Assembly (NCBI GenBank): GCA_964360535.1
Contig: CAYHXB010000001.1
Span: forward strand, 1-56,950
DNA from: an uncultured Candidatus Saccharibacteria bacterium
GTDB taxonomy: Bacteria > Patescibacteriota > Minisyncoccia > UBA6257 > 2-01-FULL-56-20
DNA length: 56,950 bases
Direction: 5' to 3'
A program made the translations under genes and the position numbers. Of the stretch, positions 8,645 through 16,621 are shown one piece after another; the first letter of the stretch is position 1; every line of letters starts with the position of its first letter. Below the pieces are notes generated by a model. The model was given only the letters and a program-made list of their open reading frames with translations, was not told the DNA's origin and did no database searches.

Positions 8645-9631
8645 TTAAGCCGCTGATTTTTTAAGTTCCAGTTCTCTTTTGGCTTCGGCGAGGTCGTTTT
8701 CGAGCATTACCTTTATAAGTTCTTTGAATTTTATTTTAGGATCAAATCCGAAGGCCTTCCGCGCTTTGGAAATGTCTCCGATGAGCACAGTATTCGAAGC
8801 TGGGCGGAGAAACTTCTGATTTATGCGCACATATTTCTGGGGGTCGAGATTTGCCTGACGGAAGGTTTCATCGAGGAATTCCTGAACCGAGTGGGCTTCG
8901 CCGGTGCAAATTATGTAATCGTCTGCCTGCGGCTGCTGCATGATATTCCAGGCAGCTTCCATATATTCGCCGGCATAACCCCAGTCTATCTGGGCGGAAA
9001 GGTCGCCGAGTTCGATTGCGTCCTGAAGACCGAGCGAAATACGCGCCGCGGATTTAGTGATTTTTCTGGTGACATATTCTTCGGGGCGGCGCGGCGATTC
9101 GTGATTGTAAAAAATGGCCGTGGCCACGAACATGCTATATGTCTCGCGGTAGAACTTGCTGACGACGCAGGCCAGAACTTTGCCGCAGGCATACGGACTC
9201 TGCGGGCGGAATGGAGTGTTTTCTGTCTGCGGATTTTCCGCGGCTTTGCCGAAGATATTGGATGACAGCGGCTGAAAGAATTTGATTTTCGGGTTGATTT
9301 GCCTGATTATTTCCAAAATCCGCCCGACAGCCGCGCCGGTTACATTGTATTGAAAATCAATCATATCATTGCTCCAGCCGACATGGTCTTGGTCGGCTTC
9401 GTTGTAAATTTCTTCAGGGTTCACTTCTTTGATAATCCGGTAAAGCGAAGTCGCGTCCAAAAGATCTCCGCGGTGGAGCGTTATTTTATCCAGAAGATGA
9501 ATTATGTTTTTGGTATTTCCGGTGGCGGACTTTCTGTAGAGGCCGTGAACCTCGTATCCTTTTTCCAAAAGGAGCTCCGCGAGATAAGAGCCGTCCTGCC
9601 CAGTGATTCCCAAAATAAGCGCTTTTTTCAT
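8645..9631 (-). CDS. gmd: GDP-mannose 4,6-dehydratase, second copy
   Basis: '[27 protein letters not shown]' and 'NHESPRRPEEYVTRKI'. Confidence 0.85.
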   Translation of the reverse strand: MKKALILGITGQDGSYLAELLLEKGYEVHGLYRKSATGNTKNIIHLLDKITLHRGDLLDATSLYRIIKEVNPEEIYNEADQDHVGWSNDMIDFQYNVTGAAVGRILEIIRQINPKIKFFQPLSSNIFGKAAENPQTENTPFRPQSPYACGKVLACVVSKFYRETYSMFVATAIFYNHESPRRPEEYVTRKITKSAARISLGLQDAIELGDLSAQIDWGYAGEYMEAAWNIMQQPQADDYIICTGEAHSVQEFLDETFRQANLDPQKYVRINQKFLRPASNTVLIGDISKARKAFGFDPKIKFKELIKVMLENDLAEAKRELELKKSAA

Positions 9632-9720
9632 CAGGTTTTTATGATACTAAAAGTTTTATAAAAATGAAAGAGGATGTATCCAATTCGTTGTGTAAGGCAA
9701 AATTCATATGTCATTAATAA

Positions 9721-9749
9721 TTGACTCTATGGCAGGCATTTATTATAAT
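9721..9749 (+). promoter_or_regulatory. Near-consensus sigma70-type promoter; the ATG lies 10 nt after the -10 box
   Basis: TTGACT (9721..9726), a 17-nt spacer, TATAAT (9744..9749), then the ATG at 9760. Confidence 0.6.
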
Positions 9750-9759
9750 TTTAACTCAA

Positions 9760-10710
9760 ATGACTTCTTCAATCGGTCCGGGTAAAAGAATACTTGTGAC
9801 AGGCGGCGCCGGCTATGTCGGCACGACGCTTGTTTCGGTTTTGCTGGAAAACGGATATAAGATCAGAGTTCTGGATATTCTCCGCCTGGGAGGACAGGGG
9901 CTTTTCCAATATTTCGGGAACAAAGATTTCGAGTTCGTTAAAGGAGATGTCAGGAATATTAAAGTTGTCAAAGAAGCGCTTAAAGACGTTGATGCAATTA
10001 TTCATTTGGCTGGCATAGTAGGTTTTCCGGCATGCAGAAAAGAACCGGAATTGGCGCGCGATATAAACGTTGAAGGAACGAGGATTCTCGCCGAAGCCGC
10101 CGGGAATATACCGATAATTTTTGCCTCGACGGGAAGCACTTACGGCAAAATGATAGAGGATTTATGCACCGAAACCAGTCAGCTCAATCCTTTGAGCGAC
10201 TATGCCAAGCATAAGGTGGAAGCAGAAGAGATTATAAAAAAGAACGGCGAATTCGTTATTTTCAGGTTTGCTACCGCTTTCGGCGTATCTCCGAGAATGA
10301 GGCTCGACCTTTTGCCGAACGACTTTACGTATCGCGCCGTCCGCGAAAAGACCCTAATTGTCTATGAAAAGCATTTTATGAGAACTTTCATCCATGTGCG
10401 CGATATGGCCAAAGCATTTGTTTTTGCGCTGAAAAACTACGACAAGATACGCGGCGAGGCCTACAATGTCGGTAGCAACGAACTGAATTATAGCAAAGAA
10501 GCCATCTGCAACCTTATCAGAAAGAAGGTGGATTATTATCTTCATTTTGCCGATGTGGGGCATGACTTGGACCAGAGGGATTATCTGGTTTCTTATGACA
10601 AGCTTCATGGCCTTGGGTTTCATCTTGAAGTTTCCATGGAGGAAGGCATAAACGAACTGATTAACGTTGCTCAAGTAATCGAAGTCCAGAGCCCGTATTA
10701 TAACGCCTGA
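9760..10710 (+). CDS. NAD-dependent epimerase/dehydratase family SDR
   Basis: 'ILVTGGAGYVGTTL' and 'YAKHK' (YxxxK). I moved the start from the TTG at 9721 to the ATG at 9760, because the TTG is the -35 box. Confidence 0.75.
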   Translation: MTSSIGPGKRILVTGGAGYVGTTLVSVLLENGYKIRVLDILRLGGQGLFQYFGNKDFEFVKGDVRNIKVVKEALKDVDAIIHLAGIVGFPACRKEPELARDINVEGTRILAEAAGNIPIIFASTGSTYGKMIEDLCTETSQLNPLSDYAKHKVEAEEIIKKNGEFVIFRFATAFGVSPRMRLDLLPNDFTYRAVREKTLIVYEKHFMRTFIHVRDMAKAFVFALKNYDKIRGEAYNVGSNELNYSKEAICNLIRKKVDYYLHFADVGHDLDQRDYLVSYDKLHGLGFHLEVSMEEGINELINVAQVIEVQSPYYNA

Positions 10711-10768
10711 TTGAATCAGGCATTTGATAAGATCCAGCCCGGATATTCGTTAACAGACGTATAAATTA

Positions 10769-11734
10769 ATGGAACGCGTAAAATTAAAGGGTGGATCTCT
10801 GTCCGGCACGTATAAGTGCGTTGAAGGCGGAAACACTTTTATCCGCAAGGAAGTTTCATTGGTGGAGAACAGGGAATTCGGGTTTTATCGCTGGTTCTCG
10901 CAGCTTAAAAAACTCCAACGCCTCGGGAAATTATTCCCGGGAATATTTCCGAAAGTCATCAATATAGGGATTGAAAAAGACACCGCTTATTTCGATTTGG
11001 AATTTATACCCAATTCGATGAGCGTTTACGAATACTTGCGGACTAATCCGGGGGATGATGGCGTGGAGAAAGTATTTAAAAAGATAATCGAGACTACCGA
11101 TACTCTATATTCGGCTAAAATAGAATCATTTAAAGGGGGATTCGACCTATATATAGACCAGGAAGTGAAAAGGGCTCTCGAGTTTTGCATGGACGATCCG
11201 GAATTCAAAGAATTCGCCGGCAATAAAACCATCATATTTAACGGCAAAGAGATTCCATCACTTTTGTCGCGCATGGACGAATTTTACGAACTTGCCCATA
11301 AGCACTACAAAAAACCAGAAGAATGTTTTACTCACGGCAACATCACGCTCGAAAATATTCTTTATGCGCCCGCCGCAGGTAAAATTATCCTTATTGACCT
11401 TTATGAGGAAAATTTCGTTGACACCGTTTACAATGAATATTCGCAAATACTCCAGTCGTGTAACAGCTACTACGAAGTTTATAATGAACTCAATCCTGTT
11501 GTTTCAGGGAATAAAGTTACAATAGAAACGGAGCGCTATCCCGGTATAGATTATTTCAATGAACTCTTTGATGATTTCTTAAAGAAACGGTTTTCTGAAG
11601 ATGAAATTATAGTTACAAAACTTTATGAAATTTCGCAGTTCACAAGAATGTTGCCTTTCAAAAAATACGTTGCCAAGAATAAAATGATGTTTTTCTATTC
11701 TTTGGCATCCAAACTTTTCGATGATATAAAATGA
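10769..11734 (+). CDS. Protein-kinase-like fold (APH/choline-kinase type) small-molecule kinase-like protein with an atypical catalytic loop
   Basis: 'FTHGNITLENILY' occupies the place of the H-x-D-x4-N loop (Asn instead of Asp). It is followed by 'IILIDLYEENF' (metal-binding Asp). Confidence 0.5.
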   Translation: MERVKLKGGSLSGTYKCVEGGNTFIRKEVSLVENREFGFYRWFSQLKKLQRLGKLFPGIFPKVINIGIEKDTAYFDLEFIPNSMSVYEYLRTNPGDDGVEKVFKKIIETTDTLYSAKIESFKGGFDLYIDQEVKRALEFCMDDPEFKEFAGNKTIIFNGKEIPSLLSRMDEFYELAHKHYKKPEECFTHGNITLENILYAPAAGKIILIDLYEENFVDTVYNEYSQILQSCNSYYEVYNELNPVVSGNKVTIETERYPGIDYFNELFDDFLKKRFSEDEIIVTKLYEISQFTRMLPFKKYVAKNKMMFFYSLASKLFDDIK

Positions 11735-11746
11735 AGACAGGCGAAA

Positions 11747-12922
11747 ATGAACCATAAAATCGAAGTCGAAAAATTTCATACAGATTCCTCGAAAAAAGGG
11801 ATAAAGAAATGGGTTGCCGAAACCGAACCGCCCGTTTCTTTTTTCGTTCAGATTTCGGATAACATTCTTGACCCCGAAAACCATGACCTTTTGGAAATCG
11901 GCCGCCAGGGGAAAGATTCCAGGCGTCTTATTATTGTGGATAAGAACGTTTACGGCCTTTACGGCGAAAAAATAGAAAATTATTTCAAGACCAGCGGAAT
12001 AAATTATAAGATTTTTCCGGTTGAATCATCCGAAGAAAAGAAAGATTTGGAAACACTCCTTCTTATTCTTGGCGCAATGGAAGAATTCAAGCTTGAACGT
12101 TCGGGCGAACCGGTTCTTGCAGTCGGCGGAGGAGTTCTTCTTGATGTCGTCGGAATCGCAGCTACGCTTTATCGCAGAGGTGTTCCTTATATACGCATTC
12201 CGACAACCCTTTTGGCTTTGGTGGATGCGAGCGTCGGCGTAAAGACAGGCATAAATCATTTCGGCAGGCGAAACAGATTGGGTTCGTATTACGGGCCGAT
12301 TGGGGCATATCTGGACCGCTCTTTCTTACGGACATTGGCACGCAAGGAAATTTCAAATGGATGCGGAGAAATACTCAAGATGGCCGTAGTAAAAGACAGC
12401 CGACTTTTTGAGCTTCTCGAGAAACACGGCGCAAGAATGATAGATGACAAATTCCAGAACGGACAAGAGCCAACCGAGGTTATCGAGCGTTCCATACAGG
12501 GTATGGTGGAAGAGCTCGCGCCGAATTTATGGGAAAAAGACATGAAACGGCTCGTAAATTTCGGCCATTCTTTCAGCGCGGTTGTTGAAATGCGGGCCTT
12601 GCCGGAACTTTCGCACGGCGAAGCAGTCGCGCTTGATGTTTTATATTCCTGTATCCTTTCGGCAAACCGCGGATTAATGAAGTCAAATGACATGGAACGC
12701 GTTGGAAAAACAATGAAGCTTCTTGAATTGCCGACATTCCATCCTCTTTTCGGAGATATCGGCACGCTTGAAGAAGCGCTCGCGGACACTGTGCGTCATC
12801 GGGACGGCGCGCAGGAACTTCCTATTCCTTTATCCATAGGAAGGGCGATATTTTTGAACGATTTCACCACGGTTGAACTTAAAAAGGCCTCTGATATAAT
12901 GAAAGAAAAATTTTCAACATGA
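11747..12922 (+). CDS. Sugar phosphate cyclase superfamily (DHQS-like; sedoheptulose-7-P cyclase/EEVS-like rather than AroB)
   Basis: 'GGGVLLDVVGIAATLYRRGVPYIRIPTTLLALVDASVGVKTGINH', 'RNRLGSYYGP' and 'SHGEAVALD'. The AroB 'GHTFGHA' motif is replaced by 'GHSFSAV'. Confidence 0.7.
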   Translation: MNHKIEVEKFHTDSSKKGIKKWVAETEPPVSFFVQISDNILDPENHDLLEIGRQGKDSRRLIIVDKNVYGLYGEKIENYFKTSGINYKIFPVESSEEKKDLETLLLILGAMEEFKLERSGEPVLAVGGGVLLDVVGIAATLYRRGVPYIRIPTTLLALVDASVGVKTGINHFGRRNRLGSYYGPIGAYLDRSFLRTLARKEISNGCGEILKMAVVKDSRLFELLEKHGARMIDDKFQNGQEPTEVIERSIQGMVEELAPNLWEKDMKRLVNFGHSFSAVVEMRALPELSHGEAVALDVLYSCILSANRGLMKSNDMERVGKTMKLLELPTFHPLFGDIGTLEEALADTVRHRDGAQELPIPLSIGRAIFLNDFTTVELKKASDIMKEKFST

Positions 12923-14004
12923 GCGACAGCTTTTTAGCGCGGCCATCAAATTTCGACACGCATTACACGCCTTCTCCCAAGCGCTATGATGCGTTTAAAT
13001 ACAGAAAATGCGGCAAGAGCGGTTTAAAACTGCCGCCCCTTTCGCTCGGCTTGTGGCAGAATTTCGGAGACGTGGACCCATATTCTAATTCCCGGGAAAT
13101 GATTCTTGGAGCGTTTGATATGGGAATCACTCATTTCGATTTGGGAAACAATTACGGGAGACCGCAGGGGTCGGCAGAAAAGACATTTGGACGCGTGCTT
13201 AAAGAAGATTTGGCGGCGTACAGAGACGAAATAATCGTATCAACGAAAGCCGGCTATGATATGTGGAAGGGTCCCTACGGCGAAAATTGTTCAAAGAAAC
13301 ACATTATCGCGAGTGTTGACCAAAGTTTGAAGCGACTTGGATTGGAATATGTTGATATTTTCTATTCTCACAAATTTGACGTGGATACTCCTCTTGAGGA
13401 AACCATGGAGGCCTTTGCCCAAATAGTTAAGCAGGGGAAAGCCCTTTACCTCGGTATTTCGTCTTATGGTCCGGCGGAAACAAAGCGGGCGCATAAAATA
13501 CTGAACGATATGGGAGTCCGTTCGTTATTACTACATCAGCCATCGTATTCAATGTTCAACCGCTGGATTGAAGAAGATTTATTGGACACACTCGAGAAGC
13601 TCGGAATGGGCGCTATTGTTTTTACTCCGTTAGCGCAGGGGCTTTTAAGCGATAAGTACGCAAACGGGAAAATCCCTGAAGTTTCACGCGCGAATAACAA
13701 AGACACATTACTTCCACCGAGTTTGGTTACGGAAAATGTTGTAAAGAAACTCCAGGGGCTTTCGGCCATCGCCAAAAAACGCGGACAGACACTTTCGCAG
13801 ATGGCGCTTTCCTGGGTGCTCCGCGACCCGCGCGTGGTTTCTGCGGTTGTAGGCGCGAGAACACTGGAACAAATTAAAGAAAATGTCCGCGCTTTGGACA
13901 ATTTGGCATTTTCGCCGGAAGAATTAAGAGAGATAGATAAATACGCAATTGATGTTTCAGGCGTAAATCTCTGGCCGCCGAATTGCCAGACATCACAAGT
14001 GTAG
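12919..14004 (+). CDS. Aldo/keto reductase
   Basis: 361-aa ORF with 'GITHFDLGNNYG', 'STKAGY', 'DIFYSHKFD' and 'LYLGISSY'. It has an ATGA start/stop overlap with the cyclase gene. Confidence 0.85.
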   Translation: MSDSFLARPSNFDTHYTPSPKRYDAFKYRKCGKSGLKLPPLSLGLWQNFGDVDPYSNSREMILGAFDMGITHFDLGNNYGRPQGSAEKTFGRVLKEDLAAYRDEIIVSTKAGYDMWKGPYGENCSKKHIIASVDQSLKRLGLEYVDIFYSHKFDVDTPLEETMEAFAQIVKQGKALYLGISSYGPAETKRAHKILNDMGVRSLLLHQPSYSMFNRWIEEDLLDTLEKLGMGAIVFTPLAQGLLSDKYANGKIPEVSRANNKDTLLPPSLVTENVVKKLQGLSAIAKKRGQTLSQMALSWVLRDPRVVSAVVGARTLEQIKENVRALDNLAFSPEELREIDKYAIDVSGVNLWPPNCQTSQV

Positions 14005-14019
14005 CTACTAACTAAGTAA

Positions 14020-14739
14020 CTAGTCCTTAAAATTCTCAAGAAAATACTGGAGTGTTTCCGGCGTGCCCAAATCCCAAAGTTTTTCCGCCTCGTCGATAAT
14101 AATTTTTTTACCGTCCTTGATCATTTCTTCGTAGACAGGAGCGATGTAAAATTCATTCTTCACGCGCTTGTTTTCTGCAATCATTTTCTCGGCGTATTTG
14201 ACGAAATCACTGCCGTGCCTGAAATAATACATCCCAGTGATGATGTGGTCTGAAATGCGCCTTTTCTCGGCGACCTCGCATACATAACCGTTTTCGTCTA
14301 GACGCGCGAAACTGAATCTGTCGCCAGGCATATTGGTAGTTGAAAGAATCCCGTCTATGCCCGAATCCATATTTTTTTCAATCGTGTCGTTGATATGCGA
14401 GACAATATATCCATCGCAATCTTTGACGACAATATCCTCGTCCGTGTCAATATATTGCTTTGCGACAAGAACCGTTGAAGCGGCGCCGGTCGGAGACGGG
14501 TCAAAAAGGCATACGCACTTCTCCCCATATTTTTCTTTAAGCTTTGCGCTTATCCCATATTCATTTTCGTGCTCGGGGTAAATAATAAAAATGATTTTGC
14601 CGGCGCGGGAGAGGTCCAAACTTTTAAGAGACCAATCAAGCATCCATTTGCCCTTAACGTCAATAATGGGCTTTGGTGTCGTTATGCCGATATTCTTGAA
14701 CCGGGTTCCAAAACCGGACATTGGAATTACGATAATCAT
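14020..14739 (-). CDS. Sugar-phosphate nucleotidyltransferase (GT-A-fold NTP transferase)
   Basis: 'IVIPMSGFGTRFKNIGITTPKPIIDV' N-terminal signature and C-terminal 'WDLGTPETL'. Confidence 0.7.
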   Translation of the reverse strand: MIIVIPMSGFGTRFKNIGITTPKPIIDVKGKWMLDWSLKSLDLSRAGKIIFIIYPEHENEYGISAKLKEKYGEKCVCLFDPSPTGAASTVLVAKQYIDTDEDIVVKDCDGYIVSHINDTIEKNMDSGIDGILSTTNMPGDRFSFARLDENGYVCEVAEKRRISDHIITGMYYFRHGSDFVKYAEKMIAENKRVKNEFYIAPVYEEMIKDGKKIIIDEAEKLWDLGTPETLQYFLENFKD

Positions 14740-14775
14740 GTTTGAATTCTATCGGAATATATTAAAAAAACAAAC

Positions 14776-14804
14776 TTGAACCCGGGCATAGATTGGGTTA
14801 ACAT
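14776..14804 (+). promoter_or_regulatory. Candidate promoter; the ATG lies 9 nt after the -10 box
   Basis: TTGAAC (14776..14781), 17 nt, TAACAT (14799..14804), then the ATG at 14814. Confidence 0.4.
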
Positions 14805-14813
14805 ACTTCTAAT

Positions 14814-15671
14814 ATGAAATTCGGACGGCTAATACTTACGCATCGCGAAGACCTCATTAACCAGCTTAAGGATTTTTATCTCGGAGGCAAAAGAACAGAA
14901 TTTTTGGTGATTGCCTGCGATGCGACGAAAGTTGACACAAAAAAGTTTTCCCAGAACGACACATTCCACATTGTTCCTTTTTTATTCCCTGGAATGGACG
15001 GCGCAACGATGACCGGCAGGCAATGGCGGGTATGGATAGAAATAGCTAAAAATTTCCCTGAAATCGACAGCTGGGTAATACACGATTACGACTTTGTAGC
15101 CAAGCCGAACGATTCGGAAATTTTAAGCCATTTGGCGCCGAACGAGTACGCCATGATTGGCGCCGCTTTCCCGGTCTGGAGAAAAGGAATGGGCTACACA
15201 AAAATAGACACTTATCCGTTCCCGCAAAGCCACCGTTATTGGCACCAAAATCTCACACTGGATGACACGCTGGTTAATAACACTCTCAATAGCGCATTCC
15301 CAGTAACTTTCCAGGGAATCAAAACCGTAGTCGGCGGATTCAGCGATTTTATCGCGACTTCAAAGACGAACATACTTTTTTTGGATGACCCCAAAGTGAA
15401 CAATCCTAAACTTGAGGGAGTTGAACAAATTCCTCACACTATTTGGCGTGCAATGGGAGTAAGACCGGTGGATATGAGGAATTTTTACAAAATGAAAGTT
15501 CTTATGGACGTGAAATATATTCCGTTTTCCGACGAATACGATATGCTCAATCCGGTCAAATTCTGGCCGGGCAAATCAATTCCCGCATTGCGTGAGAGAA
15601 TGAAAAACTTCGAGTATGCTTTTAAGACGCTGATTAAAAAATTAATCCGCTACAGAGGATGGCGCTGGTAA
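14814..15671 (+). CDS. Hypothetical protein (no family recognised; has a 'VIHDYDF' DxD-like motif)
   Basis: 285-aa ORF with codon usage consistent with its neighbours and no overlapping better ORF. Confidence 0.5.
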   Translation: MKFGRLILTHREDLINQLKDFYLGGKRTEFLVIACDATKVDTKKFSQNDTFHIVPFLFPGMDGATMTGRQWRVWIEIAKNFPEIDSWVIHDYDFVAKPNDSEILSHLAPNEYAMIGAAFPVWRKGMGYTKIDTYPFPQSHRYWHQNLTLDDTLVNNTLNSAFPVTFQGIKTVVGGFSDFIATSKTNILFLDDPKVNNPKLEGVEQIPHTIWRAMGVRPVDMRNFYKMKVLMDVKYIPFSDEYDMLNPVKFWPGKSIPALRERMKNFEYAFKTLIKKLIRYRGWRW

Positions 15672-15678
15672 TAAAGTT

Positions 15679-16413
15679 ATGAAAAACGAAGCCCTGGAAC
15701 AAATAAGAAAAGAAGCCAAGAATGTTGAAGGTCAGATATCTCCTCGCGAAGAAGAGTTTCTTTTTAACGCGGCGCTTAACGCGCGCGTAGCCGGAGAAAT
15801 TGTGGAAATCGGTTCGAGAACCGGCCGCTCGACCATATTTCTCGCGAAAGGCGCTTTGCTCGGCGGCCAAAATAAAAAAGTTTACGCGGTAGACCCCCAC
15901 TACGGAACTTATATGCATAAAGGTTTTAGCGACATAGGACTTGACCCTGACACGTTCGAAATTTTTTTGAAAAATATTTCCGACGCCAAGGTGGAAAACG
16001 TTGTCGTCCCAGTAAAGAAAACCTCTCGGGAAGCAATCAAGGGCTGGGACAAACCGATAAGTTTTCTTTTCATCGACGGAGACCATCGGTACGAAGGAGT
16101 TAAAAGCGATTACGAAATATGGTGGCCGCGCGTTTCGGAAGGAGGCGTTGTGGCATTTCATGATTCCACGTATGCCGGCGTCAAGGTATTCATGAAAGAG
16201 TTTTTACTGCGGGGGAATATATCAAAAGTTGGATTGGCGGATTCGATTACATATGTTGTTAAATCCACAGGAAAGCCCGTATCGGCCAATGCACGCTATG
16301 TTCTCGCTATCAATCACCTTTATGGCATTATAAGAAATATTCCTTTTCCTTCGTGGATAAGAAGGGGAGTTAAATATGCCGGGAAAAAGGTTGTACATTC
16401 AATCGCTGGATAA
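15679..16413 (+). CDS. Class I SAM-dependent methyltransferase
   Basis: 'IVEIGSRTGRSTIFLA' (motif I) and 'FIDGDHRYEGVKSDYEIWWPRVSEGGVVAFHD'. Confidence 0.75.
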   Translation: MKNEALEQIRKEAKNVEGQISPREEEFLFNAALNARVAGEIVEIGSRTGRSTIFLAKGALLGGQNKKVYAVDPHYGTYMHKGFSDIGLDPDTFEIFLKNISDAKVENVVVPVKKTSREAIKGWDKPISFLFIDGDHRYEGVKSDYEIWWPRVSEGGVVAFHDSTYAGVKVFMKEFLLRGNISKVGLADSITYVVKSTGKPVSANARYVLAINHLYGIIRNIPFPSWIRRGVKYAGKKVVHSIAG

Positions 16414-16438
16414 AATTATAAAAGCATATCCAAAAACA

Positions 16439-16603
16439 ATGTGGAAACAAAAATTGGCAATTTTTAAAGAAATATTCATGTTTCTCAAGGAAAGAAAGAA
16501 ATGGTGGCTTTTTCCCATAGTTATTTTTCTTTTTCTATTAGGCTCTTTACTTTTCTTTTCACAGGGTTCCGCTTTGGCGCCTTTCATCTATACGCTGTTT
16601 TAA
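16439..16603 (+). CDS. Small membrane protein, DUF5989/SxtK-like
   Basis: 'FLKERKKWWLFPIVIFLFLLGSLLFFSQGSALAPFIYTLF' matches my recollection of the DUF5989 family that accompanies carbamoyltransferases. Start chosen at the ATG at 16439. Confidence 0.55.
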   Translation: MWKQKLAIFKEIFMFLKERKKWWLFPIVIFLFLLGSLLFFSQGSALAPFIYTLF

Positions 16604-16621
16604 TCTCAATTCAATAAAATT

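Noticed and set aside
7679-8656. 325-aa plus-strand ORF
   Set aside because: It is fully antisense to the strongly motif-supported DegT aminotransferase (7529..8635). Its translation is low-complexity with no recognisable motif, so it is a shadow ORF.
10705-10721. Hairpin GCCTGAT-tga-ATCAGGC overlapping the SDR stop codon, considered as a terminator
   Set aside because: No U tract follows, and the next gene appears to be co-transcribed. There is not enough support.
11747-12922. DHQS-like gene considered as ordinary aroB
   Set aside because: The 'GHTFGHA' substrate motif is changed to 'GHSFSAV'. The operon partners are sugar-modifying enzymes, and no shikimate genes are in the window. I kept it as a non-AroB sugar-phosphate cyclase pending phylogeny.
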